Shown here piece after piece: positions 26,236-34,326 of a stretch of DNA of 64,000 nucleotides. The stretch's first letter is position 1. Every line of letters begins with the position of its first letter. A program made the position numbers and the translations under genes. This DNA comes from Patescibacteria group bacterium. GTDB taxonomy: Bacteria; Patescibacteriota; Minisyncoccia; Minisyncoccales; Staskawiczbacteraceae. Location of the stretch: NCBI GenBank assembly GCA_018829965.1, contig JAHJTG010000005.1, positions 148,774 through 212,773 on the forward strand, read 5' to 3'. The notes under the pieces are model-generated. The model ran no database searches. It saw nothing but the letters and a program-made list of their open reading frames with translations, and was not told where the DNA came from.

Positions 26236-26643
26236 CTACTTAGTATTTAGCTCTATTTTCGTTTTTAGCTTTTTAAGGCCACTTTTCTGACTTACTCCTA
26301 ATTTTACTTCTTCAACTTTTTTAAGAGTTGCTTTTTGTATTGTTTTGAAGGGATAAAGGGATTCTTTCTTTTTCCATGTATATGCTTTAGCGCCAGATAG
26401 AAATCCGATAGAATTGAAAACCATTGTTAATAAAGGAACGCCATTAATTTTAAAAAATCCTAAAGAAAGAGCGCCCCCGCCGACAATAATAGCGGCGACA
26501 ACAAAAATAGGGAAAGGGAGGATAGAGTAGAGTACAAAAATAACAGCACCGGCTACAGTAAGGTATATGAATTGTCGCATTGTTAAGAAAGAAGTCATTC
26601 TTGCTTCCTCTTCAATAAATTGTGGGACAGGATATTGTTCCAT
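26236..26643 (-). CDS. PrgI-family (VirB3-like) small T4SS membrane protein
   Basis: 135 aa. MEQYPVPQFIEEEARMTSFLTMRQFIYL followed by two TM helices. First gene of the VirB4 block. Confidence 0.6.
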   Translation of the reverse strand: MEQYPVPQFIEEEARMTSFLTMRQFIYLTVAGAVIFVLYSILPFPIFVVAAIIVGGGALSLGFFKINGVPLLTMVFNSIGFLSGAKAYTWKKKESLYPFKTIQKATLKKVEEVKLGVSQKSGLKKLKTKIELNTK

Positions 26644-27130
26644 AACAACTTAAATTCTAAATTCTAATTTCTAAATCCTAAATAAATCTAAAACTCAAAG
26701 GTTAAAATTCAAAACATTACATTATTTTGATTTCTCAACCATTGAGCCAAAAATTTTAGTCAGTTCGGTTGCTTCCTGTATTAATTTGTTCCCTTCTGTT
26801 TTTAGGGTTTCACTGTTAATTTCGACTAATCTTAACCAATAACAACTTTCTTTGGCTTCCTTGCGGCAAATTTTAATTCGCATTAGAAAATCTTTTTTGC
26901 TCAAAGTTTCATTCGCCTCAATATAATTTGCCCCGATAGACCCCGATGACCTAATAAGCTGTTTGCCGTCTTCTATGTTGGCAATAGTTCGGCTTAATTT
27001 TCTGACAAATTCTCTTACGTGTCTGGAAAATTCAAGCGTCCTGTCTTCAAGGTCATATCGTTTTGAATTTTGGATTTCGGACATTTAAATTTATTTAGAG
27101 TTTAGGATTTAGTGCTTAGAGTTTTAAATA
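26644..27130 (-). mobile_element. Family B hairpin element in its gene-bearing form, enclosing a four-helix-bundle (23S IVS protein family) ORF
   Basis: Arms taaattctaaattctaatttctaaatcctaaataaatctaaaactc (26650-) and atttatttagagtttaggatttagtgcttagag (27088-27125). The latter is near-identical to the right arm at 60.67-60.71 kb. Confidence 0.65.
26722..27084 (-). CDS. Four-helix-bundle protein (23S rRNA intervening-sequence protein family)
   Basis: 120 aa. LIRSSGSIGANYIEANETLSKKDFLMRIKICRKEAKESCYWLRL is the typical signature of that family. Confidence 0.75.
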   Translation of the reverse strand: MSEIQNSKRYDLEDRTLEFSRHVREFVRKLSRTIANIEDGKQLIRSSGSIGANYIEANETLSKKDFLMRIKICRKEAKESCYWLRLVEINSETLKTEGNKLIQEATELTKIFGSMVEKSK

Positions 27131-27218
27131 AGCATTTATCTATTATACCACAAGAGAAAATCGTAGACAAAAAGCCGTTGAATTATTAAATAAGCATCCT
27201 GTGTTTACACGACGAAGA

Positions 27219-28151
27219 TTATTTTATATCCTTGCGTTCCAGTATTCTAAATCCGTCTGCAACAGCCTCACAAAGAAACTCCTCCAACTGGCTGGGATCA
27301 TCTTTTGTTTGGGCCTTATAAAGATAGGTGTAGTAAAGCTGTTTTTGTTCCTGGCGGATTATGGCCGGAGCGAAATTCTTTTTCAAAAACATAGCGTTCA
27401 TAAGCAGACGACCCACGCGACCGTTACCGTCCGAAAAAGGATGAATTTGTTCAAATCGGCTATGGATATTAACCGAGAGGCTGATAATATCTTCGCTCGT
27501 TTTTTCCGCATCGGTCATGACTTTGGATATTAAATTCGGCACGCGGATATAGTTTGTCGTCGGTAAATTAACACCGGTAATTCGCACGCCGTGTCTGCGA
27601 TATTGGCCGGCATCGGACCGGACACCGTTCATAAGAATTCCGTGGAGCTTTAGTATTAAGTTTTCATTGATTTTTTGTTTTTTAGAAATATGGTCAAACA
27701 AATAATTTAAAGCTGTCTGATGGTTTTTTGCCTCCAGTTGTTCAGTTAGACTTTTATCAGGCAAGGCGGCATTATCAAAAAGTATGGCTGCTGTGTCCGA
27801 TTCGGTCAATGTACTTCCTTCAATGCTATTGCTGTGATAGGTAAGCTTTAAAATAAACTCATCACGGATATCTGGATTATTTAAAATCTCCGAAATCATG
27901 TTTTTATGCTCGGACGATTTCTGATTTAATACACTTTTTTTAGCCGACAGCTGATCTGCTGAAATCACTTTTTGTCCTGTTACTTCCAAAAACAACTCGT
28001 CAATAGCAGCTTGTATTTTGGGTCGTGGCGTTGACTTGCCAGTCCACCAGCTATTGAAGGCGACAAAAGACACGCCAAACTTTTCGGCAAGCTTTGTTTG
28101 GGTTAAACCCAGCATTTTTTTGATGATTTCTAACTTTTGACGAATAGTCAT
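27219..28151 (-). CDS. Fic/DOC family protein with an N-terminal XRE-type HTH
   Basis: HTH LGLTQTKLAEKFGVSFVAFNSWWTGKSTP. Fic motif HPFSDGNGRVGRLLMN. Visibly GC-richer than the neighbouring genes. Confidence 0.85.
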   Translation of the reverse strand: MTIRQKLEIIKKMLGLTQTKLAEKFGVSFVAFNSWWTGKSTPRPKIQAAIDELFLEVTGQKVISADQLSAKKSVLNQKSSEHKNMISEILNNPDIRDEFILKLTYHSNSIEGSTLTESDTAAILFDNAALPDKSLTEQLEAKNHQTALNYLFDHISKKQKINENLILKLHGILMNGVRSDAGQYRRHGVRITGVNLPTTNYIRVPNLISKVMTDAEKTSEDIISLSVNIHSRFEQIHPFSDGNGRVGRLLMNAMFLKKNFAPAIIRQEQKQLYYTYLYKAQTKDDPSQLEEFLCEAVADGFRILERKDIK

Positions 28152-28187
28152 ATTTTTAGACCAATAGTTATTATATTGTTATAATAC

Positions 28188-28234
28188 CTAACTTTATAAA
28201 GTTAGTCAAAATGGGGACAACTTTATAAAGTTAG
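28188..28234. promoter_or_regulatory. Two palindromic operator-like sites upstream of the HTH-Fic gene
   Basis: CTAACTTTATAAAGTTAG (28188-28205) is a perfect 18-bp palindrome. AACTTTATAAAGTTAG follows at 28219-28234. Centres are ~29 bp apart, 37-85 bp upstream of the start codon. Confidence 0.5.
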
Positions 28235-28427
28235 TGAGCGGTTGGTTTGTGTAAATAGTTACATATATTTAACTATTTTTTCAATTGTTTTCATTTGCTA
28301 ATTTGGATTATATATTATGGTGGACAGTTGACTGTATACTGTCCACCTTTTATCTATCCATTATCCTCTCCCCCTTAAAATATAATAAAAAGCCCCAATG
28401 CTTGTCATTGGGGTCACCTCTAGAATT

Positions 28428-28660
28428 CTATTCCAAAGTGCAGCATTTTTGTTTTTGGTTGAACACTTCATAAGGAGTAGAGTAATTAAGTCTTTTACGC
28501 GGTCGGTTGTTTAGCAATCTGGCCGCTTTTTATATGTCTCTTTGCGTTATTGCAGCAAAGATGGTTTTCTTGGGGAAGAACTGACGCAATAGTCCATTAG
28601 CGTTTTTGGATACCTCGAGTTCGCCTAAGGCAGACGAGGATTGCGCTTTTCGTATGCTTT
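28428..28660 (-). pseudogene. IS30-family transposase C-terminal remnant
   Basis: The minus-strand frame reads ...LEVSKNANGLLRQFFPKKTIFAAITQRDI*KAARLLNNRPRKRLNYSTPYEVFNQKQKCCTLE*. There is an internal TAA at 28530-28532, no N-terminal part, and a terminator hairpin ccccaatg/cattgggg just downstream. Confidence 0.7.
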
Positions 28661-28741
28661 ATTATACCATAGTAAAAAAACGTAAACAAAAAGAACTACT
28701 ATTCAAAACCGCCATATGTCCGTATACATTACCATTTGGGC

Positions 28742-28770
28742 TTGACAAGAGATTAGAGAAATGACATAAT
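28742..28770 (+). promoter_or_regulatory. Sigma70-like promoter for the SPFH-like gene
   Basis: TTGACA (28742-28747), a 17-nt spacer, then CATAAT (28765-28770). Confidence 0.4.
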
Positions 28771-28849
28771 ACAACATGTATTCTGAAGAGCGTATCTTTG
28801 GTACAAAATTGTAATTTGTCAACTTAATTGGAAATGGAAGGGTATACAA

Positions 28850-30190
28850 GTGGAAAATATTATTGAAAAAATTCTAAACGTTGTTAGATTGGGTATTGGC
28901 TCGAAGGTTGTCTTTATTGCTGTTTCTTTTTTTGTCTTGTGGTTGTCGTTACATATTTTTAAAAAATATGCCAACAATCGTTTATGCCGGATGGCAGCAG
29001 GAGTAGTTTTTGGTATTACCGTCGCCGTCTTACTGATTTGGTTTTTGAAGGGTTGGGGAATTTTACTGATGTTGTTAGTTGGTTTCGTGGTATATATTCC
29101 TTTTTGGTTTACTATAGTAAAAGAAGGGACGGGGAAGATTGTTAATAAAATGGGAGCATATCACAAGATTTTAATCCAGTGGGAAAATAGAACCATAAGT
29201 AAAAAAGTTGCTAAAGATTTAAACAATAAAATCACAATTGATGTCGATGACGTTGTCAGCGGAGAAGAACATCACATCTTAGGTGGCATTCGTTACAAAG
29301 GACCTCCGCCATTTTATACTCTCGACAGTCATAGCTTTAGTTGGACCAGCGTAAAACCAGATGGGACGTTTGAAGTCCACGACAAGGAAAGTCACGATTA
29401 TTTTCTTTTCAAAGATGATGTTTATGGTTGTAAGATTATCGGCGCAGAAGATAAGAATAAAATTCCCTTGGATATTAATCTAATTATTACCGCAGCAATT
29501 GTTAATGCCATAAAGGCTCGTTTCAATGTCCAAAACTGGTACGAAACAATGATGAGTAGGATCTATCCTTATGTGCGAGACTGTATAACAAAACATACAT
29601 TTGATGAGTTGATCAAAACCGACATAAGGATTGACAAAATCATTTGGGATAGGCTCATTGAGGAAGGGATCATAGCAGAATTTTATGATCGCTATGGTGT
29701 AAAGATCCGTAAAATAGAAGTTAGGAACTTTGATCCTCAAAGAGAATATCGCGAACTTACTTTGCGTGAATACGATGCCGAAAAAGACGCCGGAGCCCGA
29801 ACTCAAAAGACAACCGGTGCTTTAATGCGAATGATTGCTCAAGTAACGGGGAAAAGGATAGAAGACATTCAAAAAGAAATTGAGTTAGATTCTTCTGCAA
29901 AAGAAAAGTTTATAAATATGTGCTCTGATTTACTTGCTCGACAAATGGCTATTGATGGTAAATCTTTCTTTGACATTAGATACGGTGGTCCAGATGGAAT
30001 GAGTGCTATTTTAAGCACTATCGCCACGGCCCTGGGAATGTCGCGAGGTAAAAATAGTCTTACTTCTTCTCCTGCTACTGTGGATGATTTAAAGAAAAAA
30101 GAAAAGAAAAAGAAAAAAATTGATGATATGGATCCAACTGAATTAGAAGAGGCGTGGCAAGCTGAACAAGAAGACAAGAAACAGGTTTAG
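28850..30190 (+). CDS. SPFH/band-7-like membrane protein (GTG start)
   Basis: N-terminal TM helices, then IVKEGTGKIVNKMGAYHKIL and GAEDKNKIPLDINLIITAAIVNAIKARFNVQNWYETMMSRIYPYVRDCITKHTFDELI (SPFH-like). Charged C-terminal tail. GC-richer than background. Confidence 0.5.
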   Translation: MENIIEKILNVVRLGIGSKVVFIAVSFFVLWLSLHIFKKYANNRLCRMAAGVVFGITVAVLLIWFLKGWGILLMLLVGFVVYIPFWFTIVKEGTGKIVNKMGAYHKILIQWENRTISKKVAKDLNNKITIDVDDVVSGEEHHILGGIRYKGPPPFYTLDSHSFSWTSVKPDGTFEVHDKESHDYFLFKDDVYGCKIIGAEDKNKIPLDINLIITAAIVNAIKARFNVQNWYETMMSRIYPYVRDCITKHTFDELIKTDIRIDKIIWDRLIEEGIIAEFYDRYGVKIRKIEVRNFDPQREYRELTLREYDAEKDAGARTQKTTGALMRMIAQVTGKRIEDIQKEIELDSSAKEKFINMCSDLLARQMAIDGKSFFDIRYGGPDGMSAILSTIATALGMSRGKNSLTSSPATVDDLKKKEKKKKKIDDMDPTELEEAWQAEQEDKKQV

Positions 30191-30215
30191 ATAAAACCCC
30201 ACTTTTAGTGGAATT

Positions 30216-30252
30216 AAAAAAGGGTTGGATTATTAATAATCCAACCCTTTTT
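30216..30252. terminator. Bidirectional terminator hairpin
   Basis: aaaaagggttggattattaataatccaaccctttttt, a perfect stem with A and T runs on each side. Confidence 0.7.
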
Positions 30253-30289
30253 ACTTAGACTAAATAGCGAAACAGTAAAATAACCTAAA

Positions 30290-30874
30290 TCATTCTATTG
30301 GTTCACGATAAACATCTGACTGTTTCGGATTTTTTCCGTTTTCCATATTTTTTTCTATCATCGGATTTCTTTGTTTTTTTATATTCTGTGATTTAATATT
30401 AGGCCTAGGTTTTTGATTTATTGAGGGAATTGGTTTTCTTTTTATTTCTAATTTATATTCCTCCTCTTTTTTAAATATAGGAGGAAATGTTTTAGGGATA
30501 TCCATCACCCTCTCATTCGTAGTAGCTTCTTCTTTAATCACAATTTTTTTGGTGAAAGGAATAATTTTTTCTTTGGTACTTTTTATTAAGTTTTCCGCTT
30601 TTTCTTTAGAAATTTCTAATTGGTTTTGTAATAAAAGAATAAAGTCATTTTCTGAAATATTACCACCTACAAAACTTTTTGTTGCGTCATTTATTGTAGT
30701 TATTCGGGAAGGTTTTTCTTGCATTAATTTTTCATAAGCTTCCTCTATCGTTTCCTGTAATCCGTTCTCTTTTAAAATATTAGAGAAAACGTCAATTGAA
30801 TCAATTTCTTCTGGGAAAGAAAATACCACCCTTTGTTTTTTATTGTTGGAATTTGATATATCAAGATTTGGCAT
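30290..30874 (-). CDS. Hypothetical protein co-transcribed with the VirB6-like gene
   Basis: 194-aa ORF, 22 nt downstream of the VirB6-like gene. No recognisable motif; basic, proline-rich C-terminus. Confidence 0.4.
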   Translation of the reverse strand: MPNLDISNSNNKKQRVVFSFPEEIDSIDVFSNILKENGLQETIEEAYEKLMQEKPSRITTINDATKSFVGGNISENDFILLLQNQLEISKEKAENLIKSTKEKIIPFTKKIVIKEEATTNERVMDIPKTFPPIFKKEEEYKLEIKRKPIPSINQKPRPNIKSQNIKKQRNPMIEKNMENGKNPKQSDVYREPIE

Positions 30875-30896
30875 ATTTTATGAAACGATTAAAATA

Positions 30897-32657
30897 TTAT
30901 AATTCTTTAATGGTAAGATATTTTTTTATCAACTCTGCTCTTTCTTTTGATCCTTTAGCGGCGGCAGATACCAAGGAATTTAATTCGTTTTTTTCCTTTG
31001 TTCCTTTTGTTACATATTTTTTAAGCTGATTAACATTTCCTTGGGACATTTCGTCAGAAGCTTTGTTTATTTTTTTATGACTAACATTTTTTATAAAATT
31101 TATATCCAACGCGTTTTTTGGTAATTTTCTTATATCAGAAACATCAAGTTTTTGATACGCTATATTAACCGCTTCATTTTCTGCTTGGTTTTGGGTATAG
31201 GTTGGGTTTGCTTTCATAATTTTGTTCACTTCCTCTGTATTATTTTTTGCTAGATTAGGATCTGATTTCTCAAAAATTTTTCTTTGGGTGCCAAAAGCTT
31301 GTGCGCGAGCCATAAGGGTTGGAATCTTTGCTTGATTTAAATTTTTTGAACCTAGGTCATTATTTTCAGCCATTACCTCTAGCGCAGCTGCTGACCTTGA
31401 TCCTTTTCCGATGTTAGCAACGCGCGCAACCTGTTCCTTTTTCCCTTGGGCGTATAAAGATTGCATATATTTTTTCTCATCCTGCTTTTTATTTTCTTTA
31501 TATTTAGCGGTCGCGCCTTTAGACGCAAGTCCCATTTTTTCTTTTGCCGCTGTCCATCTTGCTCCCATTGCTTCACGACTTGCTGTCGCTGCCCTTGAAT
31601 TTCCTATTAAATTACCTAATCCAGCTCCAGCTTTTCCTAATATGCCTTTGCCTTTAGCCGTTCCTGTAAAGGCTCCTGCGACAGCTCCTGTGAGTGCTCC
31701 ACCCGTTGCAGCCGCAGCTCCCATAGCAATTGCCGCTCCAGCTCCGGAGAACTTTAAAGTATAAAGAAATCCAACCAACATTATCATAGCTGGTAGAGAA
31801 AAAGTAAAAAGCATAGCCATAGTTGAATCTCCAGATGGACTAGTTTTATTAATACTGTATGACATACTGGCAAGGTATAAGGTGAAAGCTGCTGGTATTC
31901 CTACAAGGCACCATTTAATAAATTGGCTCCACCATTGTTTAAAATATTGATTTGTAAAGGGAAAAACATAGCAGACAAAGGCTATCGGCGAGAATATCAC
32001 TAATATCCATAACATAATATATCTTGCCAAAAATAAGACAAACAAAAGCCCGAAGACAAGAAATCCGACAATATTGCCCAAAATAAGGCTCCCTGATACT
32101 GTAATTGTTTCAGTGTAATTCGTTGCTTTCGCTATGTCCCTTGATTGTGTCTCCCAACTAGGAAGGATTTCTCTAACATCCCCTTTCATAAAAAAATTCA
32201 TAGTTATATTTGAAGCATCAATTACCACGCCACAGATTACAGGAGAAAAATTAATTAAGATGGCAACTATTATCAGTTTTGGTAAAAGTTTTTGAGCCTG
32301 ATAGTCTTGGAGTCTTAATATGGTTGCTATACCAATAATAATAAAGCCAAGTACAACTATCATATTTGCTAAATCTCTGCAGATTGCCCAACCAGAGTCA
32401 ACCATTAGATTATGATTTCCTGTCCAACTGGCCCCGTGTGGTGTATAGGCAACATTTATTGCATCGGACATTATTATCCATTTTAAAAGACTAGCTGTAA
32501 TGTCCGAGCACATTTTTGTAATTCCTACGATCATTATGTCAATTCCCTTAACAAACGATAATAATAAGTCAGCATTGGCTATTTGAGGAATAACTAGGGT
32601 CATAGCAACTAAAAATAGAAAAAAATAGGAAATTAATGTTTTTTTATTATAAGGCAT
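30897..32657 (-). CDS. VirB6/TrbL-like polytopic T4SS membrane protein
   Basis: 586 aa. Signal/TM plus ~7 further hydrophobic helices, a Gly/Ala-rich segment (GAGAAIAMGAAAATGGALTGAVAGAFTG), then a long Lys-rich cytoplasmic tail. Confidence 0.55.
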   Translation of the reverse strand: MPYNKKTLISYFFLFLVAMTLVIPQIANADLLLSFVKGIDIMIVGITKMCSDITASLLKWIIMSDAINVAYTPHGASWTGNHNLMVDSGWAICRDLANMIVVLGFIIIGIATILRLQDYQAQKLLPKLIIVAILINFSPVICGVVIDASNITMNFFMKGDVREILPSWETQSRDIAKATNYTETITVSGSLILGNIVGFLVFGLLFVLFLARYIMLWILVIFSPIAFVCYVFPFTNQYFKQWWSQFIKWCLVGIPAAFTLYLASMSYSINKTSPSGDSTMAMLFTFSLPAMIMLVGFLYTLKFSGAGAAIAMGAAAATGGALTGAVAGAFTGTAKGKGILGKAGAGLGNLIGNSRAATASREAMGARWTAAKEKMGLASKGATAKYKENKKQDEKKYMQSLYAQGKKEQVARVANIGKGSRSAAALEVMAENNDLGSKNLNQAKIPTLMARAQAFGTQRKIFEKSDPNLAKNNTEEVNKIMKANPTYTQNQAENEAVNIAYQKLDVSDIRKLPKNALDINFIKNVSHKKINKASDEMSQGNVNQLKKYVTKGTKEKNELNSLVSAAAKGSKERAELIKKYLTIKEL

Positions 32658-32724
32658 AGTTAGTTTGGGCTAAGTTTAATTATTTAATAATAGCATAAAA
32701 AAAGATAAATACTAAGTCCAAGTT

Positions 32725-33561
32725 TTAATTTTTAAATATTAAACTAAAAGATTTTATTAAATTAATCCAATCGTTAATGTTTAGTGTCCCGGCTCTTTGT
32801 TCTGTCTTTAGCCCATTTTTTAGGAGAATAGAGCTTATTTGTTCTTTACCTAATTTTAAGCTTTTTGATAGATTATTAACAAGTTGTTTCCTTGGTTGAG
32901 AAAATCCCGCCTTTACAATCTCAAAAAATCTGTGTGAATCCGTGTTCTTATCTGTGTGAATCTGTGTAATCCGAAGGATAGCTGAATCAACTTTTGGTTT
33001 TGGCCAAAATGATTCTTTTGACACATAATCTATAATTTTCGGTTTAGCATAAAATTGTACAGAGACAGATAAAATACTCATTTTAGGCGGATTGTTGCAG
33101 ATTCTTTGAGCAACCTCTTTTTGGACCATTAAAACCATAGAGCTAGGCGGTTTTTTTAATTCTAAAAATTTTCTGACTATAGGAGAAGTAATATAATAGG
33201 GAATATTTGAAATTACTTTGTAGGATTTAGGTAGGATATAGTGGATAATATCTATTTTTAATATATCTGCGTTGACGATTTCTACATTTTTAATATTTTG
33301 ATGTCTTAACGATTCTTTCAAGATTTCGCACATTTTAAAATCTTTTTCTATGGCGATTACCTTCTTTGCATTTTTTGCCAATTCTTTAGTTAAAATTCCT
33401 GTCCCTGGTCCTATTTCAACAACTGTATCACTTAGTTTAATACCAGCTGTTTCAATAATTTTATCTAAAATTTTTCTATCTATTAAAAAGTTTTGACCCA
33501 AGTATTTGATTGGTTTAAGATTATGTCTCTTTAAAATGGTTTTTTCGAAATTTATAGTCAT
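32725..33561 (-). CDS. rsmA: 16S rRNA (adenine1518/1519-N6)-dimethyltransferase RsmA/KsgA
   Basis: LGQNFLIDRKILDKII...VVEIGPGTGILT. Start trimmed to MTINFEK (ATG 33561) rather than the ORF-track start at 33603. Confidence 0.85.
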   Translation of the reverse strand: MTINFEKTILKRHNLKPIKYLGQNFLIDRKILDKIIETAGIKLSDTVVEIGPGTGILTKELAKNAKKVIAIEKDFKMCEILKESLRHQNIKNVEIVNADILKIDIIHYILPKSYKVISNIPYYITSPIVRKFLELKKPPSSMVLMVQKEVAQRICNNPPKMSILSVSVQFYAKPKIIDYVSKESFWPKPKVDSAILRITQIHTDKNTDSHRFFEIVKAGFSQPRKQLVNNLSKSLKLGKEQISSILLKNGLKTEQRAGTLNINDWINLIKSFSLIFKN

Positions 33562-33701
33562 TGTTAAATTATAGCAAGAATTACTGATAAAAGGTATTGA
33601 CATAAGCGCCTATTCTGTAATATAAAGAAGATAGTAATTTAATAATCTTTTAGGGTTGTGAAATAATAAAACAATTTTAGATAAAACTGAAAGGATATAA
33701 G

Positions 33702-34151
33702 ATGAAGAAACGGTTTAATTGCATTTTGTTAATTATCGTGTCTGTCGCTATGGCGATGATGCTAGGCGGTTGTAAAGAAAAATATCAAGTGCAAGAAATA
33801 GTAGAAAACGGAACGGTCTCGTGCTTCGTTGTAACGGTAATTGGTCCCGCAAATGACCTCATTGTGATATTGCTTAGTCCCACCGGAGACTCTTTGAAAC
33901 AGAACATTGAGAAAACAGTTATGGAAAATATGAAAAATTCCGCAACTGTGCGCTTTGCTTTTTGTGAGCTCGGGAAAGGATATCCTTGTTCCCCTGAAAA
34001 TAGAGGGAAAAATGGTTTCTACAAATTGTTGGTTCAGAATAGCGAAAGTAAAAAAGTTGTTCTCGAAAAAACAGTAATACTTATCGGCGGATATGATAGC
34101 GTAGAAATAGTGTCAACAACGGCACAGGCAACGGCAAAAGCCGGGTTATAG
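33702..34151 (+). CDS. Lipoprotein, function unknown
   Basis: Lipobox MAMMLGG-C at the N-terminus. 149 aa, GC-richer than its surroundings. Confidence 0.5.
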   Translation: MKKRFNCILLIIVSVAMAMMLGGCKEKYQVQEIVENGTVSCFVVTVIGPANDLIVILLSPTGDSLKQNIEKTVMENMKNSATVRFAFCELGKGYPCSPENRGKNGFYKLLVQNSESKKVVLEKTVILIGGYDSVEIVSTTAQATAKAGL

Positions 34152-34326
34152 GCCGCGTTAGCGGAGAACACTAAAAGGCTTGGATTTATCATAATCCCGG
34201 CCTTTTTTATTACAAAAACCAGAATATAAGAGGTGTGGATTAAACCTTGACCGCGACCCTTTGCAATGATATCTTAAATATAGCCCTATCTTCTAACAAT
34301 AAAGGAGTGCGGGTTTTAATATTTTA

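Noticed and set aside
26104-26721. A possible CRISPR array, suggested by the many short repeated units (ctaaattctaaa, cgaattacgaat) around 24.9-27.1, 37.3-39.1 and 41.9-42.4 kb.
   Set aside because: The units are 7-nt tandem or inverted repeats that form long hairpin arms. They are not 25-40-nt direct repeats separated by unique spacers of constant length. No cas genes are present in the window.
28285-28473. The 62-aa plus-strand ORF next to the IS30 remnant.
   Set aside because: It covers a 9-bp-stem hairpin (ggtggacag...ctgtccacc), a terminator hairpin and the antisense of the transposase fragment. There is no support for coding.
31379-31764. ORFs 31379..31576 (-) and 31411..31764 (+) inside the VirB6-like gene.
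   Set aside because: They are alternative-frame or antisense readings of the Gly/Ala-rich and Lys-rich segment of the 586-aa ORF.
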